DNA from: Gemmatimonadaceae bacterium | GTDB taxonomy: Bacteria > Gemmatimonadota > Gemmatimonadetes > Gemmatimonadales > Gemmatimonadaceae | DNA: 64,000 bases | Direction: 5' to 3' | NCBI GenBank assembly: GCA_035700805.1 | Contig: DASSOG010000054.1 | Coordinates: 9,653 to 73,652 of the forward strand | Shown here: in pieces, positions 18,753-27,369 of the stretch | Layout: the number at the start of each line of letters is the position of its first letter | Position numbering within the stretch: position 1 is the stretch's first letter | Notes under the pieces: model-generated | What the model was told of the DNA's origin: nothing | Seen by the model: only the letters and a program-made list of their open reading frames with translations | Database searches by the model: none | Translations under genes and position numbers: made by a program

Positions 18753-18933
18753 GAGGCAGCGTCATTGGGGCTGCGCCTCTACCCCGACCATTAGCACACT
18801 CGATGCCACGCGCGGTCAGCAGCCAACTCCTTGCCGTGCAACGAGAAACGGGATCAGTCGTAAGGCGCCAGGCGCCATGGTGTCGCGCGGTGACACGGCG
18901 CAACTCCACACCACCGTGTCGGTGTGATACAGG

Positions 18934-19716
18934 TCAGGCTATCGCCTTGCGCGCCGTGAACGTGTTCACGCCGCCCGATCCAGCGTCCTCAACCGTCACC
19001 GACCACCCCTGGTATCGCTTGCGCAGTTCATCCACCGAGGGGATCCGGCGGCGCGCGGTGGACGACACCGCCTGCAGCAGGTGGATGCCCCCTTCTGATG
19101 TGGCGGACTGCAACGCCTCGATCACCCGCCGCCGCGTCTTGATGGTGAGTCCGGAGAGCGCGGCCGGCGCGCAGATCACCGTGGTGAGTGGCGTGTCGGG
19201 TTCCCACGTGGTGAGATCCGCGGCAATGGCGCGGATACGCTCGGCCAGCCCGGCGTCGTTGGCCGCGCGCATCACGCGCTCCAGCGCCTCCGACTCCCGG
19301 TGGACGGTGGTGACGGTGCAGCCGTTGGCGGCCAGGAACAACGCCGAGCTCTCCGCGGCATCGCCCGCCACCAGCACGCGTCCCTCCGGCGTCTCCGATA
19401 CGGCGCGCACTGCCGGGTGGTCGGCGGCCAGTCCCCAGTACTCGGGGCGGCGCAGTTCGCGCGCCAGCTTCATGCGCTTGCGTCGCCAGGTGTCGAAGCC
19501 GGGAAGGCGCAGCCGCCGGAAGATGATCCGGTTCACCTCTTCACAGAGCAGCAGCTCCGTGAGCAGGATCTGCGAGCCGGCGTTGAGTCGCGACACGGCC
19601 TCATCCCCGATGCTCAGCAATGCCAAGCGCGGGATTGACTCCTTGTAGTTCTCGATTTCCTCATCGACATAGAGTTCGTACTCATGTCGAAGGGACCGCA
19701 GCGGTCGCTGGACCAT
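18934..19716 (-). CDS. Hypothetical protein: unknown helical N-domain plus Rossmann-fold SAM-methyltransferase-like C-domain
   Basis: Start at MVQRPLRSLRHEYELYV (ATG 19716). The C-terminal half has a class I MTase-like topology (RVLVAGDAAESSALFLAANGCTVTTV...) but lacks a clean GxGxG. Confidence 0.7.
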   Translation of the reverse strand: MVQRPLRSLRHEYELYVDEEIENYKESIPRLALLSIGDEAVSRLNAGSQILLTELLLCEEVNRIIFRRLRLPGFDTWRRKRMKLARELRRPEYWGLAADHPAVRAVSETPEGRVLVAGDAAESSALFLAANGCTVTTVHRESEALERVMRAANDAGLAERIRAIAADLTTWEPDTPLTTVICAPAALSGLTIKTRRRVIEALQSATSEGGIHLLQAVSSTARRRIPSVDELRKRYQGWSVTVEDAGSGGVNTFTARKAIA

Positions 19717-19778
19717 GCACACAGGGTGTGGACTCACAAATGTTGTATCGGCCGTGGTGCCGCGCAAGCGGCAAATGA

Positions 19779-20666
19779 CTATTCGGGCTCCACGTGCACC
19801 ACGACCTCGGCGCCTTCCGCCACGCGCGCCACCGCCTCCTCCACCGCATCCGCCAGCGCGTGGCCCTCCAGTACGGAGGACGCACCAGGCACCACCACGG
19901 TCATCTCGACAAACAGTTTTCCCGTGGGAGTGCCGCGCGAACGCACCGTGCGGACGCTGAGGATGCCGGCCACACCCGTGGCAATGGCGCGCAGTTCGGC
20001 CGCGTCCATGCCGCGCGCATCCACCAGGAAGGGCACCGATTCCCGGAGGATCAGCCAGCCGGTCCACGCAATGAGGCCGGCCACCGCGATGCCCAGCCAG
20101 GCATCCAGGTGCGGCCAGCCGGCGCGCGTGAAGAGCAACGCCGCGAGCGCGAGCAACGTGACCAGGGTGTCGCTGGCGGTGTGCGCGGCGTCGGCGCTGA
20201 GAAAGGCGCTGCCGAGTGCGCGGGCACGACGCCGTTCATACCAGACCACCCAGAAGTTGATCGCCAGCGTGAAGATCATGAGGCCGAATTCCCACGGGCC
20301 GGCCGGGCGTGGGGCGCGAGCGTGGATCAGCGCGCCAATGGAGCTCCGCAGCAGTTCAAAGCACGAAATGGAGAGGAAGACCACGATGCCCACCGTGCCC
20401 ATGGACTCGAACTTGGCGTGGCCATACGGATGGTCTTCATCGGGGCCGCGAGCCGCGATGCTGACCAGGACCATGCCTCCCACATTGTTCAGCATGTCGA
20501 GCCCCGATTCGAGGGCGGCGCCGAACACCGCCAGCGAGCGGGTGCCGGCGCACACCACCACTTTGATGGCCACGACCAGTGCGTTCAGCAGGAGCACCAC
20601 CAGCAGGGCGCGTCGGATGGCGCGGGTGCGGTCGCGATCGCGGGCGTCGGGGGTGGGAAGCGTCAT
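19779..20666 (-). CDS. Cation diffusion facilitator family transporter
   Basis: Six-TM CDF pattern with DEDHPYGHAKFE and HTASD, plus a C-terminal cytoplasmic domain. The ATG overlaps the rlmI stop by 4 nt. Confidence 0.88.
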   Translation of the reverse strand: MTLPTPDARDRDRTRAIRRALLVVLLLNALVVAIKVVVCAGTRSLAVFGAALESGLDMLNNVGGMVLVSIAARGPDEDHPYGHAKFESMGTVGIVVFLSISCFELLRSSIGALIHARAPRPAGPWEFGLMIFTLAINFWVVWYERRRARALGSAFLSADAAHTASDTLVTLLALAALLFTRAGWPHLDAWLGIAVAGLIAWTGWLILRESVPFLVDARGMDAAELRAIATGVAGILSVRTVRSRGTPTGKLFVEMTVVVPGASSVLEGHALADAVEEAVARVAEGAEVVVHVEPE

Positions 20667-21847
20667 GCGTCGTCCATGGCTTCGATGAACGCGCCCTTGA
20701 TGTAGCCGGTCTCCGGTATCGTGAGAATTTCCGGATGATCCGCCGGCTGGCCGGTCAACTCCCGCAAGGCCAGGCGGCGCCCGGAGTCCGCGGCGGCCGA
20801 TTCCAGCATCTCCAGGAAGCGCGGCCTGGTGAGGTGAAAGCTGCAACTGGCCGTGAACAGCAGGCCGCCCGGCGCGAGCAGGCGCATGGCGCGCAGGTTG
20901 ATCTCCTTGTACCCGCGCATGCCGGCGGCGAGTGAGGCCCTGGTCTTGGCGAACGCCGGCGGGTCGAGCACGATGGTGTCGAACTGTTCGCCGGCGCGTT
21001 CGGCGTGCCGCAGGTACTCGAAGACGTCCGCTTCGGTGAACTCGATGTTGCCCAGCGCGTTCAGCGAGGCGTTGGCTCGCGCGCGCTTCAGGGCGGGGCC
21101 GGAGCTGTCCAGCGCCACCACGGAATCCGCGTGGCGGGCCAGGTGGAGCGCAAAGGACCCGTGGTAGGAAAAGCAATCCAGCGCGCGCCCGCGCGCGCGT
21201 TCGCCGGCGCGGCGCCGGTTCTCGCGCTGGTCCAGGAAGGCGCCGGTCTTCTGACCGTCCCACGGCGCGGCGAGGTAGCGCACGCCGTGCTCGTTCACCT
21301 CGACTTCGCGCGGGACCTCACCGGCCAGGAGTTCCACCGTGCGCGGCAGCCGCTCCCTGGCGCGCAGCGCGGCGTCGTTGCGGGCCAGGATCCCGTCGGG
21401 GTGCTCCAGCGCCAGCAGCGCATCCACGATCGCGCCGCGCGCGGCGTCCAGCCCCGCGCTCATGAACTGCACCACCAGCCAGCGGTCGTAACGGTCGCAG
21501 ATGAACGACGGCAGTCCGTCGCCCTCGCCATGCACCAGGCGACACGCATTGGTCTCGCCGCGCAATCCAGCTCGGCGTTGGATGGCGGCCTCGATGCGCC
21601 GTCGCCACCAGGCTTCGTCAATGCGCGCGTCAGGATCGCGTTCCAGCAAGCGGAGCGAGATTTCCGAGGCGGGGCTCCAGAGCGCCCACCCCAGCGGCTT
21701 GCCGCGCGTGTCGCGCACGGCCACGGCGCCGGCGGGCCCGGCTGGACGCTCGGCCACGTCGCTGCGGTAGATCCAGGGGTGGCCGCGTGCCCAGCGTTGC
21801 GCGCCCCGTGTGGAGACGACGGCCCCCGTGTCCGCGGGCGTGCTCAC
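20663..21847 (-). CDS. rlmI: Class I SAM-dependent 23S rRNA (cytosine-C5) methyltransferase, RlmI-like
   Basis: PUA-like N-terminus (RGHPWIYRSDV), SAM-binding ALDCFSYHGSFAL, and motif IV LDPPAFAK. Confidence 0.82.
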   Translation of the reverse strand: MSTPADTGAVVSTRGAQRWARGHPWIYRSDVAERPAGPAGAVAVRDTRGKPLGWALWSPASEISLRLLERDPDARIDEAWWRRRIEAAIQRRAGLRGETNACRLVHGEGDGLPSFICDRYDRWLVVQFMSAGLDAARGAIVDALLALEHPDGILARNDAALRARERLPRTVELLAGEVPREVEVNEHGVRYLAAPWDGQKTGAFLDQRENRRRAGERARGRALDCFSYHGSFALHLARHADSVVALDSSGPALKRARANASLNALGNIEFTEADVFEYLRHAERAGEQFDTIVLDPPAFAKTRASLAAGMRGYKEINLRAMRLLAPGGLLFTASCSFHLTRPRFLEMLESAAADSGRRLALRELTGQPADHPEILTIPETGYIKGAFIEAMDDA

Positions 21848-22887
21848 GGGCGTGCCCGCGGCGCGGAGCGCGAGGTGGTGGTGCTCGTGTCGCGGGAGGC
21901 CGCCCCGCTGGCTGACTTGGAGCGCGCGCGGCGTGCCTCGCGCACGGCCTGCTCATGCGCGCTCAGGCTGACGCGAAACTCATGGTGTCCATCCGGTGAG
22001 GCCACGAAGTACCGGTATGGCACGCGCGCGGGATAGAGCGCGGCCACGATGCTGGCCACGCCGGGCGACGCGATGGGGCCGGGCGGCAATCCGCGATACC
22101 GGTACGTGTTGTAGGGCGACTGCACGCGCAGGTCCTTGAAGTACACGCGAGCCCGGTGCTGGCCCAGCGCGTACTGCACCGTGGGGTCAGCCTGCAGCAG
22201 CATGTGCGCGTGCAGGCGATTCATGTACACGGCGGCGATGGCCGGACGTTCCTCCGGGAGCTTCGCCTCCTTTTCCACGATGGACGCCAGCGTCATGACC
22301 TGGTTGCGGGAGAGGCCGATGCTGTCCAGGCGCGCGGTCCACGCCGGCTGCCACTCCGCCTCGAACTGCCGTTCCATCGTGGTGATGGCTTCACGCGCGC
22401 TGGTGCCGTCAGCAAAGGTGTATGTGGTGGGAAAGAGGTATCCCTCGATGGTCGCCGTGGTGAGGCCCAGGCGCGCCAGCAGTGCGGAGTCGCGTACCGC
22501 GGCATTCACGGAATCGGCGGAGACGCCCAGCCGGTCCACCAGCAGCGGCGTGATCTGGCTGATGGAAAACCCCTCGGGGATCGTCACGGTGTGCATGATG
22601 CCGCGACCCGAGCGCAGCTTCTCCACCACCGTTCCCCAGCCGTCGCCCTGGTGAAAGAGGTAGGTGCCCGCCTTGATGCTCCGTTCGCCGCCACGGAGCC
22701 AGGCGTACACGCGAAACAGGTGGCGTGCGCGCACCACGCCGGCGGCCACGAGTGAATCCGTGGCCTCGCTCACCGACGCGCCACGAGGCACGACCACGCG
22801 CCTGGTGGCGCCGTCCCCGCCGCCACACGCGGCCGCCAGCGACAGCGCCATCAGGGCGGCGGTGCGCGCGATGGTGTTACGCATCAT
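21844..22887 (-). CDS. mltG: Endolytic murein transglycosylase MltG (YceG family)
   Basis: Motifs ASIVEKEA, LQADPTVQY, SPYNTYRYRGLPPGPI. Lipoprotein-like N-terminus MMRNTIARTAALMALSLAAAC. Confidence 0.88.
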   Translation of the reverse strand: MMRNTIARTAALMALSLAAACGGGDGATRRVVVPRGASVSEATDSLVAAGVVRARHLFRVYAWLRGGERSIKAGTYLFHQGDGWGTVVEKLRSGRGIMHTVTIPEGFSISQITPLLVDRLGVSADSVNAAVRDSALLARLGLTTATIEGYLFPTTYTFADGTSAREAITTMERQFEAEWQPAWTARLDSIGLSRNQVMTLASIVEKEAKLPEERPAIAAVYMNRLHAHMLLQADPTVQYALGQHRARVYFKDLRVQSPYNTYRYRGLPPGPIASPGVASIVAALYPARVPYRYFVASPDGHHEFRVSLSAHEQAVREARRARSKSASGAASRDTSTTTSRSAPRARP

Positions 22888-23305
22888 GACGCAGGGCGTG
22901 CTGCAGCAGCACCGTCGCGGCCAGCGCGTCCACGTCGCCCTTGCGGTCGCGTGGGGAGCCGCCCATCTCGTGCACGGCGCGCAGGGCGGCCGCGGTGGTG
23001 AACCGCTCGTCCAGCAGCCGCACGGGCAGCCCGGTGCGCTTTTCCAGCTCGGCGGCCACGTGGCGTACTTCGGTGGCGCGCGGAGTGTCGTCGCCCTGGC
23101 CGTCCAGCGGCAGCCCGAGCACGAAGGCGCGCGCTTCCAGTTCCTGCGCGCGGCGAATGAGCTGCGCAATGGGCGGACGCTTGCCGCGCCGTCGCTGGAT
23201 ATGGCCCGCCGGCGACGCGATGGTGCCGGTCGGGTCGCCGATGGCGAGCCCGATCCGTCGCTCGCCCCAGTCCACGGCCAGCCAGCGACCGCGATCGCCG
23301 GACAC
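22877..23305 (-). CDS. ruvX: Holliday junction resolvase-like pre-16S rRNA nuclease RuvX (YqgF)
   Basis: LAVDWGERRIGLAIGD, and ...LDERFTT. Confidence 0.9.
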   Translation of the reverse strand: MSGDRGRWLAVDWGERRIGLAIGDPTGTIASPAGHIQRRRGKRPPIAQLIRRAQELEARAFVLGLPLDGQGDDTPRATEVRHVAAELEKRTGLPVRLLDERFTTAAALRAVHEMGGSPRDRKGDVDALAATVLLQHALRHDA

Positions 23306-23307
23306 CG

Positions 23308-24594
23308 CTATCCGCCCTGCGCCATCTGCGCGAAGAATTCCTTGTTCGTCCTGGACCGTGACATCTGCTTGAGCAGGAACTCTATGGCCTCGGTCTCGGG
23401 CATGTCGCCCAGGAAGGTGCGGAGCAGGTACACGCGGTTGAGCTCTTCCTTGGTGAACAGCAGCTCTTCCTTGCGCGTCCCGGACCGGTTGATATCAATA
23501 GCCGGATAGATGCGACGCTCGGCGATCTTGCGGTCCAGGACGAGTTCCATGTTCCCCGTGCCCTTGAACTCCTCGAAAATCACCTCATCCATGCGGGAGC
23601 CTGTCTCGATGAGCGCCGTGCCGATGATGGTGAGCGACCCGCCCCCCTCGATGTTGCGCGCCGCGCCAAAGAACTTCTTGGGCCGTTCCAACGCGCGCGA
23701 ATCCACGCCTCCCGACATGATCTTGCCTGAATGGGGCACCACGGCGTTGTACGCGCGCCCCAGCCGAGTGATGGAGTCCAGCAGGATCACCACGTCCTTG
23801 CCGCTTTCCACCAGCCGCTTGGCCTTCTCGATCACCATGTCGGCCACCTGCACGTGGCGCTGTGGCGCCTCGTCAAACGTGGAGCTGATCACCTCGCCAC
23901 GCACGGTAAACCGCATGTCGGTCACTTCCTCGGGGCGCTCATCAATGAGCAGCATGATGAGGGTGACCTCGGGATAGTTCTCGGCGATGGCGTTGGCCAG
24001 CTTCTGCAGGAGGATTGTCTTGCCGGCGCGCGGCGGCGAGACGATGAGTCCGCGCTGCCCCTTGCCGATGGGGGCGATCAGGTCCATCACGCGCATGCTC
24101 AGGTCGCCGTCGGCCACTTCCAGCCGCAGGCGTCCGTCCGGATAGCGGGGGCGGAGGTTGTCAAATGGCGTGCGTTCCTTTGCGAGCTCCGGATCACCGC
24201 CGTTGACGGACTCCACCTTGAGCAGCGCGAGGTAGCGCTCCCACTCCTTGGGGGGGCGCACCTGCCCCTGCACGGTGTCCCCCGTCTGCAGCCCGAATCG
24301 CTTGACCTGGGACGGCGAGACGTAGATGTCGTCGGGGCCATTCAGGTAGTTGTAATCCTGGCTGCGCAGGAAGCCGTAGCCTTCGGGCAGCACTTCCAGC
24401 ACCCCCTGGCCACTCAGCAGCGTGCCGCCGGCCAGCAGCGCCTGCTCCACCTTGAAGGTCAGGTCGTGGCGTTGCAGCGACGCCGGGTCTTCCACGCCCA
24501 GTTCCTGCGCCATCTCGTGCAGGTCGGGCAGCGGCTTGCGCTTGAGGTCGGCGATGCTGATGAGTGCCGGTGTGGTGGACGACGGAGGCGACAT
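23308..24594 (-). CDS. rho: Transcription termination factor Rho
   Basis: N-terminal domain ([22 protein letters not shown]), RNA-binding [14 protein letters not shown] and Walker A PPRAGKT. Full-length match. The start could alternatively be the upstream ATG at 24624. Confidence 0.95.
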   Translation of the reverse strand: MSPPSSTTPALISIADLKRKPLPDLHEMAQELGVEDPASLQRHDLTFKVEQALLAGGTLLSGQGVLEVLPEGYGFLRSQDYNYLNGPDDIYVSPSQVKRFGLQTGDTVQGQVRPPKEWERYLALLKVESVNGGDPELAKERTPFDNLRPRYPDGRLRLEVADGDLSMRVMDLIAPIGKGQRGLIVSPPRAGKTILLQKLANAIAENYPEVTLIMLLIDERPEEVTDMRFTVRGEVISSTFDEAPQRHVQVADMVIEKAKRLVESGKDVVILLDSITRLGRAYNAVVPHSGKIMSGGVDSRALERPKKFFGAARNIEGGGSLTIIGTALIETGSRMDEVIFEEFKGTGNMELVLDRKIAERRIYPAIDINRSGTRKEELLFTKEELNRVYLLRTFLGDMPETEAIEFLLKQMSRSRTNKEFFAQMAQGG

Positions 24595-24770
24595 GCGGTC
24601 GTGGGCAACAGGGTGTCGCGGCAAAGCGACGGGGCAGAGGTGGAGGGCGGGAGGGTCGGCGTCGATGCTGAATCGACCGTGGAGTCCGCTGGGGGGAGGG
24701 GAGGGGAAACCTCGGGGGCGGATGCGCCCGGGACCCGCCGGACGCCTGCCTTCAGTTGGACCTGCAATGA

Positions 24771-24844
24771 CGCGCGCGACAGGATTCGAACCTGTGACCT
24801 TCGGCTCCGGAGGCCGACGCTCTATCCAGCTGAGCTACGCGCGC
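24771..24844 (-). tRNA. tRNA-Arg (anticodon CCG)
   Basis: Hand-folded cloverleaf: acceptor GCGCGCG/CGCGCGC, D-arm GCTC-AGCTGGATA-GAGC, anticodon loop CTCCGGA, T-arm ACAGG-TTCGAAT-CCTGT. 74 nt; no encoded CCA. Confidence 0.9.
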
Positions 24845-24978
24845 GGGGTAGGAAGCGAAACCTAGCAGCTTTCACGGTGCGCGGGAATACCGTAGCTTGG
24901 TGCCGCAGTTCCCGCCCTCGCGCGTCGGCGCCCTGTCCCGCCGCACTCCCCGCTCCTCACGGCTTCCCGGCAACGCCT

Positions 24979-26811
24979 GTGCCCCGATACGTCCTCGGCA
25001 TTTCCGCGTTCTACCACGACAGCGCCGCGTGCATCCTGCGCGACGGTGCGGTGCTCGCGGCCGCGCAGGAGGAGCGTTTCACGCGCCACAAGGGCGATGA
25101 GGCGTTCCCGGCGCGCGCCATCGCGTTCTGCCTGGAGCGGGCGGGGGTTGGGGCGCATGACCTGGAAGCCGTGGCGTTCTACGACAAGCCGCTGCTCAAG
25201 CTCGATCGCATCTTCGAGACATTTCTCTGGGTCGCGCCGGCCGGCCTCGCGTCGTTCCGGCACGGCGCGCCGCTCTGGGCGCGAGATCGGCTGGACATTG
25301 ACCGCACCATCCGCCGAGGGCTGGACGGCTACAAGGGGCGCGTGCTGTTTACCGAACATCATGAGTCGCACGCCGCGAGCGCGTTCTACCCGTCGCCCTT
25401 TCGCGAGGCCGCCGTCCTCACCGTGGATGGCGTGGGGGAATGGGCTACCGCGTCCATTGGCGTGGGCAGCGGCGCATCGCTCGTGTTGACGAAGGAACTG
25501 CACTGGCCCGACTCGCTGGGCCTGCTCTATTCCGCGTTTACCTATCACGCCGGCTTCAAGGTGAACTCGGGTGAGTACAAGCTGATGGGGCTGGCCCCCT
25601 ACGGCGAACCCCGATACGTGGACACCATCTACCGCGAGTTGCTGGACCTGCGCGACGACGGGTCATTCACCCTCAATCAGCGCTATTTCAATTACCTCAC
25701 GGGCCTCACGATGACGAACGACGCCTTCTCGGCGTTGTTCGATGGGCCGCCGCGCCAGCCGGAATCCCGGCTCACGCAGCGCGAGATGGACCTGGCGCGA
25801 TCGGTGCAGGAAGTATGCGAGGAAATCGTGCTGCGCATGGCGCGCACCGCCCGGCGCGAGACGGGGATGGCCAACCTGTGCATGGCGGGTGGCGTGGCGC
25901 TCAACGCCGTGGCCAACGGCAAGCTGCTCCGCGCGCGCGTCTTTGACAGCGTGTGGATCCAGCCGGCCTCCGGCGACGCGGGCGGCGCGCTGGGCGCGGC
26001 GCTGCTGGCGTGGCATCGCTACCTGGAGCAACCGAGGGGCGCTCCTCCCGGCGACGAGGGCAGCGGCGATGGCATGCGCGGGGCCCTGCTCGGCCCGTCG
26101 TATTCGCCCGAGCAGATGGCGGACCACCTGCGGCCGCTCGGTGCCGTGTGGCAGAGCCTCAACCGCGAGATGGCCGTTGATCGCGCGGCCCAGCTCCTGA
26201 GCGAGGGCAAGGTGATCGGTTGGTTCGATGGCGCCATGGAGTTCGGCCCGCGCGCCCTCGGGGCGCGCAGCATTTTGGCCGACGCGCGTGATGCCGGCAT
26301 GCAGGCGCGCATCAACCTGAAAGTGAAGTTCCGCGAGGGGTTCCGGCCGTTCGCGCCGAGTGTGCTGGCCGAGCGCGCGGGTGAATTCTTTGAGCTGGAT
26401 GGGGAATCCCCGTACATGCTGGTGGTGGCGCCGGTGCGCGAATCGCGGCGCCTGCCGCGTGATCCGGCCGACAGCCGCTGGGGCATCGAAGCGCTGAACG
26501 TGCCGCGCTCTGACATCCCCGCGGTGACGCACCTGGACTATTCGGCGCGCGTGCAGACCGTGACGGCGGATCGAAGCCCCGGGCTGCATGCCGTGCTGCG
26601 GGCGTTTGAGCAGCGCACCGGGTGCCCGGTGCTGGTGAACACCTCGTTCAACGTGCGCGGCGAGCCCATTGTCTGCACGGCGGCCGACGCGTATGACTGT
26701 TTCATGCGCACCGACCTCGATGCCCTTGTCATGCCGCCGTTCGTCCTGCTGAAGCAGGAGCAACCCACCCAGGATCCCGCCCTATGGCACCGTCCACTCC
26801 AGCTCGACTGA
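24979..26811 (+). CDS. Carbamoyltransferase (NodU/CmcH/SxtI family)
   Basis: Motifs LGISAFYHDSAA, VLFTEHHESHAASAF and NTSFNVRGEPIV. GTG start at 24979; the long upstream ORF extension is antisense to rho and crosses a tRNA. Confidence 0.85.
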   Translation: MPRYVLGISAFYHDSAACILRDGAVLAAAQEERFTRHKGDEAFPARAIAFCLERAGVGAHDLEAVAFYDKPLLKLDRIFETFLWVAPAGLASFRHGAPLWARDRLDIDRTIRRGLDGYKGRVLFTEHHESHAASAFYPSPFREAAVLTVDGVGEWATASIGVGSGASLVLTKELHWPDSLGLLYSAFTYHAGFKVNSGEYKLMGLAPYGEPRYVDTIYRELLDLRDDGSFTLNQRYFNYLTGLTMTNDAFSALFDGPPRQPESRLTQREMDLARSVQEVCEEIVLRMARTARRETGMANLCMAGGVALNAVANGKLLRARVFDSVWIQPASGDAGGALGAALLAWHRYLEQPRGAPPGDEGSGDGMRGALLGPSYSPEQMADHLRPLGAVWQSLNREMAVDRAAQLLSEGKVIGWFDGAMEFGPRALGARSILADARDAGMQARINLKVKFREGFRPFAPSVLAERAGEFFELDGESPYMLVVAPVRESRRLPRDPADSRWGIEALNVPRSDIPAVTHLDYSARVQTVTADRSPGLHAVLRAFEQRTGCPVLVNTSFNVRGEPIVCTAADAYDCFMRTDLDALVMPPFVLLKQEQPTQDPALWHRPLQLD

Positions 26812-26825
26812 CCCGTCACCAGGGG

Positions 26826-27197
26826 ATGAAGTTCGCGTTCACCCTGGGGCTGGCGTTCGCGGTGCTCTCGGCGCTCGCGGCGTGGCGGCAGCGCGTCCTG
26901 ACCGCGTACGTGCTGTTCGTGGTAGCCACCGTGCTGCTGATGCTCGGATTGCTGGTGCCCACGTGGCTGGGCCCCGTGGAACGGGCGTGGATGGGGCTCG
27001 GGCATGCCATCGGGCGTGTGACCAGCCCCGTGGTGCTGGGTGTCATCTATTATATGGCGCTCACGCCGGTGGCCATCCTGCGCCGTACCTTTGGTCGCAG
27101 TCCCATGGCGCGGGATGCCAAGGCCAGGACATACTGGATTCCGCGCGCGCCGCAGGACGAGGGTGAGCGCCGGCGCGCGCTGGAACGCCAATTCTGA
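26826..27197 (+). CDS. SxtJ-like small membrane protein
   Basis: Three predicted TM helices. Its size and its position after the carbamoyltransferase match the SxtJ family. AGGGG RBS precedes ATG 26826. Confidence 0.68.
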   Translation: MKFAFTLGLAFAVLSALAAWRQRVLTAYVLFVVATVLLMLGLLVPTWLGPVERAWMGLGHAIGRVTSPVVLGVIYYMALTPVAILRRTFGRSPMARDAKARTYWIPRAPQDEGERRRALERQF

Positions 27198-27210
27198 ACG
27201 GGAGCATCGT

Positions 27211-27369
27211 GTGGCCACGTTGAGCGTCCTCCGCCAGCTCTGGCAATTCATGCGGCAGCGCAAGAAGCTCTGGCTGCTGCCCATCATCGTGCTCCTGCTC
27301 CTGGCCAGTGCGCTGCTGATCCTGGTGCAGGGATCGGCGCTGGCGCCCTTCATCTATTCGGTTTTCTGA
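27211..27369 (+). CDS. SxtK/DUF5989-like 52-aa membrane protein
   Basis: VATLSVLRQLWQFMRQRKKLWLLPIIVLLLLASALLILVQGSALAPFIYSVF has the family hallmark (basic RKK, one TM, PFIY-F end). GTG start with GGGAG upstream. Confidence 0.62.
   Translation: MATLSVLRQLWQFMRQRKKLWLLPIIVLLLLASALLILVQGSALAPFIYSVF

Noticed and set aside
18753-18933. Possible glycine (tandem aptamer) or ZTP riboswitch, because of the duplicated GGAGTTG...ACCGCGCG motif and a GGCGCCTGGCGCC element
   Set aside because: The invariant cores are absent: GGAGAG...CACCGAAGGGGCAA for glycine and GGGTCGTGAC...CCGCCTGGGCA for ZTP. The downstream ORF is not a gcv or pur gene. It is kept only as an unclassified structured leader.
18449-19648. 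399-aa plus-strand ORF
   Set aside because: It is antisense to the methyltransferase-like gene and spans non-coding terminators. The translation is Ser/Arg/Pro-rich with no motifs.
19717-19778. NiCo/czcD-type riboswitch near the CDF transporter gene
   Set aside because: The CDF gene has no leader, because its ATG overlaps the rlmI stop. The 62-nt segment downstream of it shows none of the conserved czcD-motif features.
19779-21263. 494-aa ORF suggesting a much longer CDF protein
   Set aside because: The N-terminal 199 aa overlap the 3' half of rlmI in another frame and are Arg/Pro-rich. CDF homology starts at MTLPTPDARD (ATG 20666).
23731-24978. 5' extension of the carbamoyltransferase ORF, which makes a 1026-aa protein
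   Set aside because: The extension is antisense to rho and reads straight through tRNA-Arg(CCG). Family homology begins at YVLGISAFYHDSAA, immediately after an in-frame GTG at 24979.
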